Below, piece after piece: positions 17,536 through 25,498 of a stretch of DNA of 64,000 nucleotides (within the stretch, counting starts at the first letter, position 1; each line of letters opens with the position of its first letter). A model generated the notes under the pieces. It did no database searches. It was not told the DNA's origin and was given only the letters and a program-made list of their open reading frames with translations. The position numbers and the translations under genes were made by a program. The DNA comes from Caulobacteraceae bacterium (GTDB taxonomy: Bacteria; Pseudomonadota; Alphaproteobacteria; Caulobacterales; Caulobacteraceae), in the NCBI GenBank assembly GCA_965279095.1, contig CBDIHH010000002.1:20438-84437 (forward strand), in the 5' to 3' direction.

Positions 17536-19485
17536 TCACCGGGGCTGCGTCAGGGTGTCGAGCAGGGCCGGCTTGCCGCTCCGAACCACCGCCAGGGCGC
17601 GCGACAGGGCCCCGCCGAGCTGGCGCGGATCGGAGATCGGGCCCTCGGCCCACACCCCCATGCTCCTGGCCATCTGGGCGTAGTCGATGTCGGGGTCGGA
17701 TATCACCGTGCCGACAGTGGCGTTCTCCACCCCCCGGTCGCGGCGGTTGGCCATGCGCTGCAGGTGCATGGTCTCCTGGTGCCAGGCGCGGTTGTTGTGC
17801 ATCACCATCAGCAGGGGGATGCGGTGGTGCGCCAGGGTCCACAGGGTCCCCGGCAGCACCATCAGGTCGCCGTCGGTCTGGATGGCCACGGGGATCCGCC
17901 CCGTGTCGCGCAGGGCCAGGGCCGCGCCGGCGGCGGCGGGCAGGCCATAGCCCACCCCATAGCCGCCGGAATCGCCGATGTAGTGGGCGGGCTCGGTCAT
18001 GTCCCACAGGCGCTGCGGCCAGCGCCCGACGCCTCCGGTGGATGAGACCAGCGCCCAGGGCGACCCCTTGATCTGCTCCCAGATCTCCATGCACAGGCGC
18101 CCCGTGCCGATCGGGCTGGCGTCCCAGCTCAGGGCCGCCTCGGCGGCGGCGTCCGCCCGCATCCGGTCGAAGGCGTCGCGCAGGGGCGCCGCTCGCGCGG
18201 CCACGGCCTGACGGCGCTCGGGGGTGAGCTGGCGGCGCACCGCCTCGATTAGCTGCGGCAGGCAGGCCTGTCCGTCGGCCGCGATGGTCAGGTCGGCGGC
18301 GTAGTAGCGCTGGATGTCCTGGATATTGCCCTTCATGAAGGCGTAGTTGGCGCTGACCCCGATGACCTTGCACCGGTCGCCGATCACCGGCCGCGGGGTG
18401 CGCACCGTCAGGTCGGGCAGGGCGTTGACCAGGCCGAACAGGTCGGTGAGCTCCAGGGCCAGGATCACATCCGCCTGGGCGATCAGTGGCCCCTGGCGGG
18501 AACTGTGATTGAGCGGGTGATTGGACGGCATGTTGAACCGGCCGCCCTTGTCTGCCACCGGTGCGTTGAGCAGCTCGGCCAGGGTCACCAGCAGGCCCAC
18601 CCCCTCGGGGGTGCGGACGACGCGATCGACGACGATCACCGGGTGCTCGGCGGCCACAAGCAGGGCCGCGGCGCGCTCCACGGCGGCGGGCTCGCCGGCG
18701 GGGGCCGACACCGGCGCGCGCCGGGGGATGGTCAGGCGGGCGCGATCCTCGACGGGATGCTCCTGAAGATCGTTATCGGCGACGATCAGCACCGGCTCAT
18801 AGGGCGGCGTCATCGACATCTCGACCGCCCGCATGAACGACTCCGCATAGTGCTGCAGGCTGACCGGCGTATCGTCCCACTTGACGTAGTCGCGGACGAT
18901 CACCCCCAGGTCCGCCTGGGAATGCACCCATTCCACCCCCGGGCGACGGGTGGCGGCGTCGAGGTTGTTGCCGGCCAGCACCATCATCGGCGCCTTGTCG
19001 CAATAGGCGTTGTAGACCGCCATCGAGGCGTGCTGCAGCCCGATCTGGCTGTGCACCAGGCAGGCCATCGGCTTGCCCGCCATCTTGGCGTAGCCGTGGG
19101 CCATGGCCGCGGAGATCTCCTCGTGGACGCAGCTGATCAGCTCCGGCGCGCGGTTGCCGCCATAGGTGACGATGGATTCCTGCAGGCCGCGGAAGGTGGA
19201 GCCTGGCATGCACGCCACATAGTCGATGCCGGCGGCCTTCAGCAGCTCGACCATGAAGTCCGAGCCGGGATAGGCCACCTCGGGGGCGTCGGCGCCGACC
19301 ACATCCACCGCGCCCGCCTCGGCCTGGGCTCGCGCCTCGGTGGGGATGGGCGCGCGACCCGGCGCGGGCGGGGCGGCGGCGGGCGCGGCCGAGGCGGCGG
19401 CGGCCGAGGCCACCCCCGCCGCGCCGCCCAGCAGGGAGGCCTTCAGGAACCCGCGGCGGTCAGGAACCGATGGCGACGTCTTCAT
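17536..19485 (-). CDS. Thiamine-diphosphate-dependent enzyme (acetolactate synthase / pyruvate oxidase superfamily) with a twin-arginine signal peptide
   Basis: N-terminal SVPDRRGFLKASLLGGAAGVASAAAASA. PYR-domain catalytic Glu (VHEE). ThDP motif DGDLMVLPGTLWTLAHHRIPLLMVMHNN. GGAG RBS. Confidence 0.85.
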   Translation of the reverse strand: MKTSPSVPDRRGFLKASLLGGAAGVASAAAASAAPAAAPPAPGRAPIPTEARAQAEAGAVDVVGADAPEVAYPGSDFMVELLKAAGIDYVACMPGSTFRGLQESIVTYGGNRAPELISCVHEEISAAMAHGYAKMAGKPMACLVHSQIGLQHASMAVYNAYCDKAPMMVLAGNNLDAATRRPGVEWVHSQADLGVIVRDYVKWDDTPVSLQHYAESFMRAVEMSMTPPYEPVLIVADNDLQEHPVEDRARLTIPRRAPVSAPAGEPAAVERAAALLVAAEHPVIVVDRVVRTPEGVGLLVTLAELLNAPVADKGGRFNMPSNHPLNHSSRQGPLIAQADVILALELTDLFGLVNALPDLTVRTPRPVIGDRCKVIGVSANYAFMKGNIQDIQRYYAADLTIAADGQACLPQLIEAVRRQLTPERRQAVAARAAPLRDAFDRMRADAAAEAALSWDASPIGTGRLCMEIWEQIKGSPWALVSSTGGVGRWPQRLWDMTEPAHYIGDSGGYGVGYGLPAAAGAALALRDTGRIPVAIQTDGDLMVLPGTLWTLAHHRIPLLMVMHNNRAWHQETMHLQRMANRRDRGVENATVGTVISDPDIDYAQMARSMGVWAEGPISDPRQLGGALSRALAVVRSGKPALLDTLTQPR

Positions 19486-19593
19486 GGGCGCTCCGCTGCC
19501 GCCGTCCGGGATGGGGCGCTCCGGAGATTGCGCCCCGCAGCGCCGGGGCGTCGATGGCTGGCTGTGGGCTCGCCGCCTGTCGGAAGGCGTCCG

Positions 19594-21795
19594 TCAGGCC
19601 GCCACCGGCGTTTCGGTGAGTTTACGCGCCTCGCGCAGCCGGTCGATCTCATCGGCATGGACCGGGCGACTGAACAGGAAGCCCTGCACCGACCCGCAGC
19701 CGGCGGCGGACAGGCGCGAGCGCTGATCCGCCGTCTCCACCCCCTCGGCGATGACCGACAGGCGCAGGGCCCGCGCCAGCTTGATGATGGCGCCGACCAC
19801 CGCGTCGGCCTCGCTGTCGACCCCCAGGTTGGTGATGAAGGTGCGGTCGATCTTGATCTTGTTGATCGGGTAGCGCTGCAGATAGCTGAGGCTCGAATAG
19901 CCGGTGCCGAAATCGTCCAGGGCGAGGGAAAAGCCCATGCGGCGCAGGCGCTTCAGGGCGTCATGCGTCAGCTGGTCGTCGCCCAGCAGGATGCCTTCGG
20001 TGATCTCCAGCTCGAATTGGGCGGGGTCAACCTTCATCTCCTCGACCAGCACGGCCACCTGGGAGACGAAGTCCGACTGCCGCAACTGCTGGGCCGACAC
20101 ATTGATCGCCACCTTCAGGCCCCGCCACCGCCGGCTGTCGGCGAAGGCCTGGCGCAGGGTGAAGAAGCCCAGCGGTTCGATCAGGCCGCACTCCTCCGCC
20201 ACCGGGATGAAGAAGGCGGGAGAGACGGGGCCGCGCTCGGGGTGATTCCAGCGCACCAGCGCCTCGACCCCGGTCATGACTCCCGCGCCGTCCACCTGCG
20301 GCTGATAGACCATCTCCAGCTCGCCCGCCTCGATGGCCGCGCGCAGGTCAGACTCGAGGCCCCGCCGGGTCCGGATGGCGGCGTCCATCTCGATCTCGAA
20401 GAAGCAGAACTTGTTCTTGCCGGTCTGTTTGGCGCTGTAGAGGGCCAGGTCCGCCTGGCGCACCGCCTCGGCCGGCTCGATCCGGAACTCGCCGACCAGA
20501 GTGATGCCGATGGAGCAGCCGACGAACACGCGTCCTGCCGCCAGATCGACAGGCAGAGCCATGCAATCCCTCAGCCGCGCGGCGACTTCGGCCGCGCTGG
20601 CGGGGGTCGCGTTCAGCTGCACCAGGGCGAACTCGTCCCCCGACAGCCGCGCCAGGGTGTCGGACTTGCGGCACTGGGCCGCCATCCGCCGCGCCGCCAC
20701 CTGGATGAGCTCGTCGCCGGCATGGTGACCGTAGGTGTCGTTCACCAGCTTGAACCGGTCCAAGTCGATGCAGTGGACGGCCACCTGCAGCCCTGTGCGC
20801 CGGGCCTGTTCCAGGGCCTGCGCCAGGCGGTCTCCGAACAGCACCCGGTTCGGCATGCCCGTCAGGGAGTCGTAATAGGCCAGGTGGGCGGTGCGCGCCT
20901 CGCTGGCGACAAGGCCTTCGGACAGGCGCCGCGCCCGTCGGTAGAGGTAGAGGGCCATGGCCCCCAGGGCGGTGATGACCGCCAGGATCGGGATCAGGAT
21001 TCGCCCCAGGAGCGTCCGGCCCGGGTCCTGCGGGCGCCACTCCAGAACGCCGATGGTCCTGCCCGCCGAGTCGCGCAGGCTGGCGTGGGCCTTCTCGGGG
21101 TCCGCCGCCCTGGCGCGCAAAGCCAGGCCTTCGAGCATATACCGCCGGCCGAGGCTGGCCAGGAACGGCCGGTCCACGGCCATGGCGGTGACCACCACCG
21201 GCGCCGTCGCTCCGGCCGAGCGCGCGCTGCCGAAATCGGGCTGCACCAGGGTGGCGGTGAGCACATAGAGCTCGCGGCCCACCCAGGCGAGGGTGGTGGA
21301 CTGGATCGGCTCGGCCAGCATCCGCCCGGTGCGGGGCAGGGCGCTCAGCGACCCGCGGCGCGCCTCGTCGGCCCGGACGCTTGCCACGATGCCGCGGCTA
21401 GGCGCTGAAAACGGACCATAGGCCTCCGCCGGCGGCCCTTGCGCCTTGCCGGCCGCGAAGGTCAGGCGGTCGGCGCCGTCCATGACGAACACCGACGAGA
21501 AGCCGTCGGTGTTGATCAGGAACTGGCCGATGTTCTCCTGGGCCCAGGCCCCGTCGAAGCGATTGTCGAGATGGCGCACCGCATCGTCCCAGACCACCTG
21601 GGGCACGACCATGTGGGCGACCTCTTCGGCCCTGCCGACGATGCCGTTCTCGACGACCTTCTGCTCGCGGTCGCGCGCCGCCCGGTCGAAGCCCTGGACC
21701 AGGACGCCGCCGCCGATGGCGAGCAATCCCAGGGCCAGGATCGCCAGGACGGCGAGCGGCCAGAAGAAGTCCGATTGTCGATCGTGGCGCCGCAT
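19594..21795 (-). CDS. Membrane-anchored sensor with GGDEF and EAL domains (c-di-GMP turnover)
   Basis: Two TM segments flank a periplasmic sensor region (CHASE4-like, uncertain). The GGDEF domain has a degenerate SGDEF site. EAL domain present (EALVRW, DDFGTGYSSL). Confidence 0.85.
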   Translation of the reverse strand: MRRHDRQSDFFWPLAVLAILALGLLAIGGGVLVQGFDRAARDREQKVVENGIVGRAEEVAHMVVPQVVWDDAVRHLDNRFDGAWAQENIGQFLINTDGFSSVFVMDGADRLTFAAGKAQGPPAEAYGPFSAPSRGIVASVRADEARRGSLSALPRTGRMLAEPIQSTTLAWVGRELYVLTATLVQPDFGSARSAGATAPVVVTAMAVDRPFLASLGRRYMLEGLALRARAADPEKAHASLRDSAGRTIGVLEWRPQDPGRTLLGRILIPILAVITALGAMALYLYRRARRLSEGLVASEARTAHLAYYDSLTGMPNRVLFGDRLAQALEQARRTGLQVAVHCIDLDRFKLVNDTYGHHAGDELIQVAARRMAAQCRKSDTLARLSGDEFALVQLNATPASAAEVAARLRDCMALPVDLAAGRVFVGCSIGITLVGEFRIEPAEAVRQADLALYSAKQTGKNKFCFFEIEMDAAIRTRRGLESDLRAAIEAGELEMVYQPQVDGAGVMTGVEALVRWNHPERGPVSPAFFIPVAEECGLIEPLGFFTLRQAFADSRRWRGLKVAINVSAQQLRQSDFVSQVAVLVEEMKVDPAQFELEITEGILLGDDQLTHDALKRLRRMGFSLALDDFGTGYSSLSYLQRYPINKIKIDRTFITNLGVDSEADAVVGAIIKLARALRLSVIAEGVETADQRSRLSAAGCGSVQGFLFSRPVHADEIDRLREARKLTETPVAA

Positions 21796-21975
21796 GGCCC
21801 CCCCGCGCTTCGAGCGCGAGGATCAATAGGGGCTCATCCCTAATAAATTGGCGAACAGCGGTATAAGTAGGTTTGCATATCTGGGACCTGGCGGCGCAGG
21901 ACGGCGGGAACAAAGCCCGTCTCCGACCATTGCTCCGCTTTGGCCCGCCGAGGGCCGCCCGCCGGAGAACAACCC

Positions 21976-22278
21976 ATGCGCATCGCCCTCATCGCCACCG
22001 CCTCCTTCGCCGCCCTGGCCCTCGCCGCCTGCTCGCAGAAGACCGAGGACCACGCCGGCGCCGCCGCCAACGAGGCCGGCGCCGCCGCCTCCTCCGCCGC
22101 CAGCGACACGGCGTCCAACGTCGACGCCGCCGCCTCCAACACGGCCGAGGCCGCCAGCAACGCCGCCGACAACACCGCCGCGGCGGCCAGCAACGCAGCG
22201 GACAACGCCGCCGCCGCCGCCGGCGCCGCCGAGCGCAAGGCCGACGCCGCCGCCGACGCCGCCGCCAACACCAAGTGA
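21976..22278 (+). CDS. Small Ala-rich low-complexity lipoprotein
   Basis: MRIALIATASFAALALAAC lipobox. The mature part is Ala/Asn/Asp repeats (AASNAADN). The signal peptide resembles that of 13518-13799. Confidence 0.6.
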   Translation: MRIALIATASFAALALAACSQKTEDHAGAAANEAGAAASSAASDTASNVDAAASNTAEAASNAADNTAAAASNAADNAAAAAGAAERKADAAADAAANTK

Positions 22279-22283
22279 TCTGA

Positions 22284-22430
22284 GCCCTTATCCTCCCCCG
22301 CTCTTCGCGGGGGAGGGGGACCGCGAAGCGGTGGAGGGGGCGCGGGAAGAGGCGCCGCGCTAGCGGTTCGCCCCCTCCGGTCCTCCGGACCACCTCCCCC
22401 ATCCTCTGCGGGATGGGGGAGGATAGGGGA
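22284..22430. repeat. Family A nested-palindrome element, tandem unit 1 (147 bp)
   Basis: CCTTATCCTCCCCCGC...GGGATGGGGGAGGATAGG. About 98% identical to unit 2. Confidence 0.9.
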
Positions 22431-22577
22431 CGCCCTTATCCTCCCCCGCTCTTGGCGGGGGAGGGGGACCGCGAAGCGGTGGAGGGGGCGCGGGAAGAGG
22501 CGCCGCGCTAGCGGTTCGCCCCCTCCGGTCCTCCGGACCACCTCCCCCATCCTCTGCGGGATGGGGGAGGATAAGGG
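22431..22577. repeat. Family A nested-palindrome element, tandem unit 2 (147 bp)
   Basis: Head-to-tail with unit 1. Confidence 0.9.
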
Positions 22578-22620
22578 CCGCCTTTATCCTCCCCCGCTCT
22601 TGGCGGGGGAGGATAAGGGG
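22578..22620. repeat. Solo short palindrome corresponding to the two ends of family A
   Basis: CCTTTATCCTCCCCCGC-tcttg-GCGGGGGAGGATAAGGGG. Confidence 0.9.
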
Positions 22621-22667
22621 CGAGCGGCCGCCGCCCGAACCACAAGTCCATCAAGCGTTCGACGGCC

Positions 22668-22819
22668 CTCTCCGCCCCCGCCTTGGCGGGGGAGGGGGAC
22701 CGCCGGCCGCAGGCCGGTGGTGGAGGGGGCAGCGCCGCCTTGTCCTGCAGACCGCAGCGCAGCCCCTTCCACCCCCCGCTCCGCGGGCGGTCCCCCTTCC
22801 CCGCTTCGCGGGGCAGGAG
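22668..22819. repeat. Family B nested-palindrome element, copy 1
   Basis: CTCTCCGCCCCCG...GGTGGTGGAGGGGGC ... GCCCCTTCCACC...CCCCGCTTCGCGGGGCAGGAG. Both ends match 61827-61985. Confidence 0.85.
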
Positions 22820-22826
22820 CGTAGAA

Positions 22827-22857
22827 CGAAAAACGGCCCCGGATCGCTCCGGGGCCG
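22827..22857 (-). terminator. Rho-independent terminator of the rpsF-rpsR-rplI operon
   Basis: Minus strand reads CGGCCCCGGA-gcga-TCCGGGGCCG followed by TTTTT. It lies 28 nt after the rplI stop. Confidence 0.8.
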
Positions 22858-22884
22858 CCTTCGTATCGGGTGTGTGGCTGAGAC

Positions 22885-23472
22885 CTAGCGGTCGGCCCCG
22901 AAGTCCACGTCGAAGGAGCCTGCGCCGCCTTCGGCCATGTCCTTGGCGGCTTCCTCGGCGAACAGGCGGTCGGCGTCGTATTGCGACGTGACCACGTTCT
23001 CGCCGCGAGCCTGGCGTTCCGCTTCCTCGGCCGAGCGGGCGATGTTGATCGTCACCGTCACGGTCACCTCGGCATGCAGCTTCAGCTTGATCTCGTGCAC
23101 GCCCAGCATCTTGATGGGCTTGTCGAGAACCACTTGGCTGCGGTCCACCTTGCCGCCTTCCGCCACGATGGCGTCGGCGACGTCGCGACCCGACACCGAG
23201 CCATAGAGCTGGCCGGTCTCGCCCGCTTGGCGGATCATGATGTAGGTCTTGCCGTCGAGGTTGGAGCCGGAGGCGGAAGCCGCTTCCTTGGCCTTCTCGT
23301 TGCGCGCCTCGATATCGGCGCGCTGGCCTTCGAACACCTTCAGATTGGCTTCGGTGGCGCGCAGGGCCTTGCCTTGCGGCAGAAGGAAGTTGCGGGCGAA
23401 GCCGTCCTTGACGGTGACCGTTTCGCCGAGGCCGCCACGGCCTTCGACGCGTTCCAGAAGGATAACTTTCAT
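22885..23472 (-). CDS. rplI: 50S ribosomal protein L9
   Basis: MKVILLERVEGRGGLGETVTVKDGFARNFLLP. Acidic C-terminal extension as I recall for alphaproteobacterial L9. Confidence 0.95.
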   Translation of the reverse strand: MKVILLERVEGRGGLGETVTVKDGFARNFLLPQGKALRATEANLKVFEGQRADIEARNEKAKEAASASGSNLDGKTYIMIRQAGETGQLYGSVSGRDVADAIVAEGGKVDRSQVVLDKPIKMLGVHEIKLKLHAEVTVTVTINIARSAEEAERQARGENVVTSQYDADRLFAEEAAKDMAEGGAGSFDVDFGADR

Positions 23473-23485
23473 CGGTGCGTGCTCC

Positions 23486-23758
23486 CTACTTCACGACATA
23501 GGGCAGCAGGGCCAGGTAGCGGGCGCGCTTGATGGCTTGAGCCAGCAGGCGTTGCTTCTTGGCCGAAACCGCGGTGATGCGCGACGGCACGATCTTGCCG
23601 CGCTCGGAGACGTAACGCTGCAGCAGCTTGACGTCCTTGTAGTCGATCTTCGGCGCGCCGGCGCCGGAGAAGGGGCACACCTTGCGGCGGCGGAAGAAGG
23701 GGCGGCGGGCGCCGCCCGCGGCGGGGGCCGGAGCGCCGGCTGCGGATTCATCTGACAT
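23486..23758 (-). CDS. rpsR: 30S ribosomal protein S18
   Basis: [25 protein letters not shown] motif. Confidence 0.95.
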   Translation of the reverse strand: MSDESAAGAPAPAAGGARRPFFRRRKVCPFSGAGAPKIDYKDVKLLQRYVSERGKIVPSRITAVSAKKQRLLAQAIKRARYLALLPYVVK

Positions 23759-23770
23759 GGGGGCTGCTCC

Positions 23771-24223
23771 TTATTCCGAGGCCGGTTGGGGCGCGCGATC
23801 ACCGCCGCCGCTGCCGGGGGGGCCGCGGTCGCCGCCGCCGCCGGGGGCGAAGTCTTCATAGCCGCGGCGCTCGGGGCGGTCGCCCCGTTCACGGTCGCGG
23901 TCGCGGCGGGCGAGCACCGGGGACAGCTCCAGGTCGATCTCCTCGACGCGGACGGTCAGCGAGCGCAGCACGTCCTCGTTGATCGCCATCTGGCGCTCCA
24001 TCTCCTTCACCGCGGCCGAGGGGCCGTCGATGGCGAGGAGGGAGTAGTGCCCCTTGCGGTTCTTCTTGATGCGGTAGGTGAGGTTGCGAAGACCCCAGTA
24101 TTCGATCTTGGCGATGTGACCGCCATGCTCTTCGATGATCGCCTTGATCTGGTCGTTGAGCGCTTCGGCCTGCTGCGGCGAGATATCCTGCCGGGCGATG
24201 ACCACGTGTTCGTATAGGGCCAT
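23771..24223 (-). CDS. rpsF: 30S ribosomal protein S6
   Basis: [18 protein letters not shown]... with a charged C-terminal tail. Confidence 0.95.
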   Translation of the reverse strand: MALYEHVVIARQDISPQQAEALNDQIKAIIEEHGGHIAKIEYWGLRNLTYRIKKNRKGHYSLLAIDGPSAAVKEMERQMAINEDVLRSLTVRVEEIDLELSPVLARRDRDRERGDRPERRGYEDFAPGGGGDRGPPGSGGGDRAPQPASE

Positions 24224-24367
24224 AGGGTCCTTCTTGCGTTGGGGAGGCGGCGTCTGGGCCCGGGCGCAAGACCGGGGCGGGACGATGGATCGGACGCGCG
24301 GGATGCGCGGCGACCGCCTTCCAGGAAGCGGGGCTGATACGGGAAAAGGCGGCGGGTGGCAAGGCGT

Positions 24368-24477
24368 GCGTGGTTCGAGACGCGCCCTGGCGGGCGCTCC
24401 TCACCATGATGCGGGTTGCGGGTGTCAAAACGGTCGTCATGGTGAGGAGGCTGCGCAGCAGCCGTCTCGAACCACGC
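24368..24477. repeat. Family C nested-palindrome MITE-like element, copy 1
   Basis: 15-bp terminal inverted repeats GCGTGGTTCGAGACG / CGTCTCGAACCACGC. 13-bp inner inverted repeats CTCCTCACCATGA / TCATGGTGAGGAG around a 27-nt loop. Confidence 0.9.
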
Positions 24478-24553
24478 ACCGCCCTCGCTTGCCCGCGCCC
24501 CCCTTATCCCTTACCCCTCGCCGCAAGAATCCCGCAGCCCAAAGGCCCCCCGC

Positions 24554-25498
24554 ATGAGCCTCGCCTTCCTCTTTCCCGGACAGGGCAGTCAGGCCGTCGG
24601 CATGGGCGCCGAGCTGGCCGCCGCCTTTCCCGCCGCCCGGGAGGTTCTCCAGGAGGTGGACGACGCCCTGGGCCAGAAGCTCTTTCGGCTGATGAGCGAG
24701 GGGCCCGAAGAGGACCTCACCCTCACCGAGAACGCCCAGCCGGCGCTGATGGCCGTCAGCATGGCCGTGGCCCGGGTGCTGGAGCGCGAGTTCTCCATCG
24801 GCGTGGAGCGCGCCGCCTTCGTGGCCGGCCATTCCCTCGGGGAATATTCCGCCCTGGCCGCCGCCGGGGCCCTGACCCTGGCCGATGCGGCGCGGCTGCT
24901 GAAGCTGCGCGGCCAGGCCATGCAGCGGGCCGTGCCGGTGGGCGAGGGGGCCATGGCCTCGCTGATCGGCCCCAAGACCGATGTCGCCCTGGCCGAGGCC
25001 GCCGCCGCCGCCGGGGCCGAGGTCGGGGTCTGCGTGGTCGCCAACGACAACAACGCCGGCAACGTCGTCATCTCGGGTGACAAGGCCGGCGTCGAGCGCG
25101 CCATCGAGAAGGCCAAGGAACTGGGCGCCCGCGCCATCCTCCTGAACGTCTCGGCGCCCTTCCACTGCCCGCTCATGCAGCCGGCGGCCGAGGAGATGGC
25201 CGAGGCCCTGGGCAACACCACCTTCTCCGCCCCCCGCGCGCCCCTGGTGGCCAACATCACCGCTCGGCCGGTGCACGACGCCGACGCCATCCGCCGCCTC
25301 CTGGTCGAGCAGGTGACCGGACGGGTGCGCTGGCGCGAGAGCATGCTGTGGCTGGTGGAGGGCGGCGGGGTGACCCGATTCGCCGAGCTGGGCGCCGGCA
25401 AGGTGCTCACCGGCATGGCCAAGCGCATCGCCCCCGACGCCGGAGCCGCCGCCCTCAACACCCCCGCCGACCTCGAAGCCTTCGCGAGCTCCCTCTGA
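24554..25498 (+). CDS. fabD: Malonyl-CoA:ACP transacylase
   Basis: FPGQGSQ and GHSLGEYSA motifs. Confidence 0.95.
   Translation: MSLAFLFPGQGSQAVGMGAELAAAFPAAREVLQEVDDALGQKLFRLMSEGPEEDLTLTENAQPALMAVSMAVARVLEREFSIGVERAAFVAGHSLGEYSALAAAGALTLADAARLLKLRGQAMQRAVPVGEGAMASLIGPKTDVALAEAAAAAGAEVGVCVVANDNNAGNVVISGDKAGVERAIEKAKELGARAILLNVSAPFHCPLMQPAAEEMAEALGNTTFSAPRAPLVANITARPVHDADAIRRLLVEQVTGRVRWRESMLWLVEGGGVTRFAELGAGKVLTGMAKRIAPDAGAAALNTPADLEAFASSL

Noticed and set aside
16940-18373. 477-aa ORF extending the dihaem cytochrome upstream
   Set aside because: The extension overlaps the ThDP-enzyme gene out of frame. A signal peptide begins at ATG 17530.
18505-21408. 967-aa plus-strand ORF, plus similar long ORFs at 7117-8883, 9740-11677, 50236-51987, 13937-15370 and 26590-27933
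   Set aside because: They are antisense to well-supported genes (ThDP enzyme/GGDEF-EAL, flavoprotein, PrpD, alaS, dnaB, fabF). They are Arg/Gly/Ala/Pro-rich with no motifs, which is typical of shadow ORFs in high-GC DNA.
21840-22550. Pro/Ala/Arg/Gly-rich ORFs spanning the repeat pile-up (21840-22550, 21848-22363, 21873-22283, 21989-22402)
   Set aside because: They translate the palindromic repeats or the antisense of the Ala-rich lipoprotein gene. They are open on both strands only because of GC richness.
22284-22620. Regularly spaced repeats (about 147-bp period) that could be mistaken for a CRISPR-like array
   Set aside because: The sequences between the repeated hairpins are themselves identical, so these are whole-unit tandem duplications. 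The units are far longer than CRISPR repeats plus spacers, and no cas genes are nearby.
24224-24360. Possible S6:S18-binding structured leader upstream of rpsF
   Set aside because: I can draw a TTGCG...CGCAA pairing, but I cannot verify the published motif from memory. A covariance-model search would be needed.
24368-24477. TGGTTCGAGAC motif resembling a tRNA T-arm (GGTTCGA)
   Set aside because: No acceptor stem, anticodon arm or D-arm can be drawn. The motif is the terminal inverted repeat of a two-copy palindromic element.
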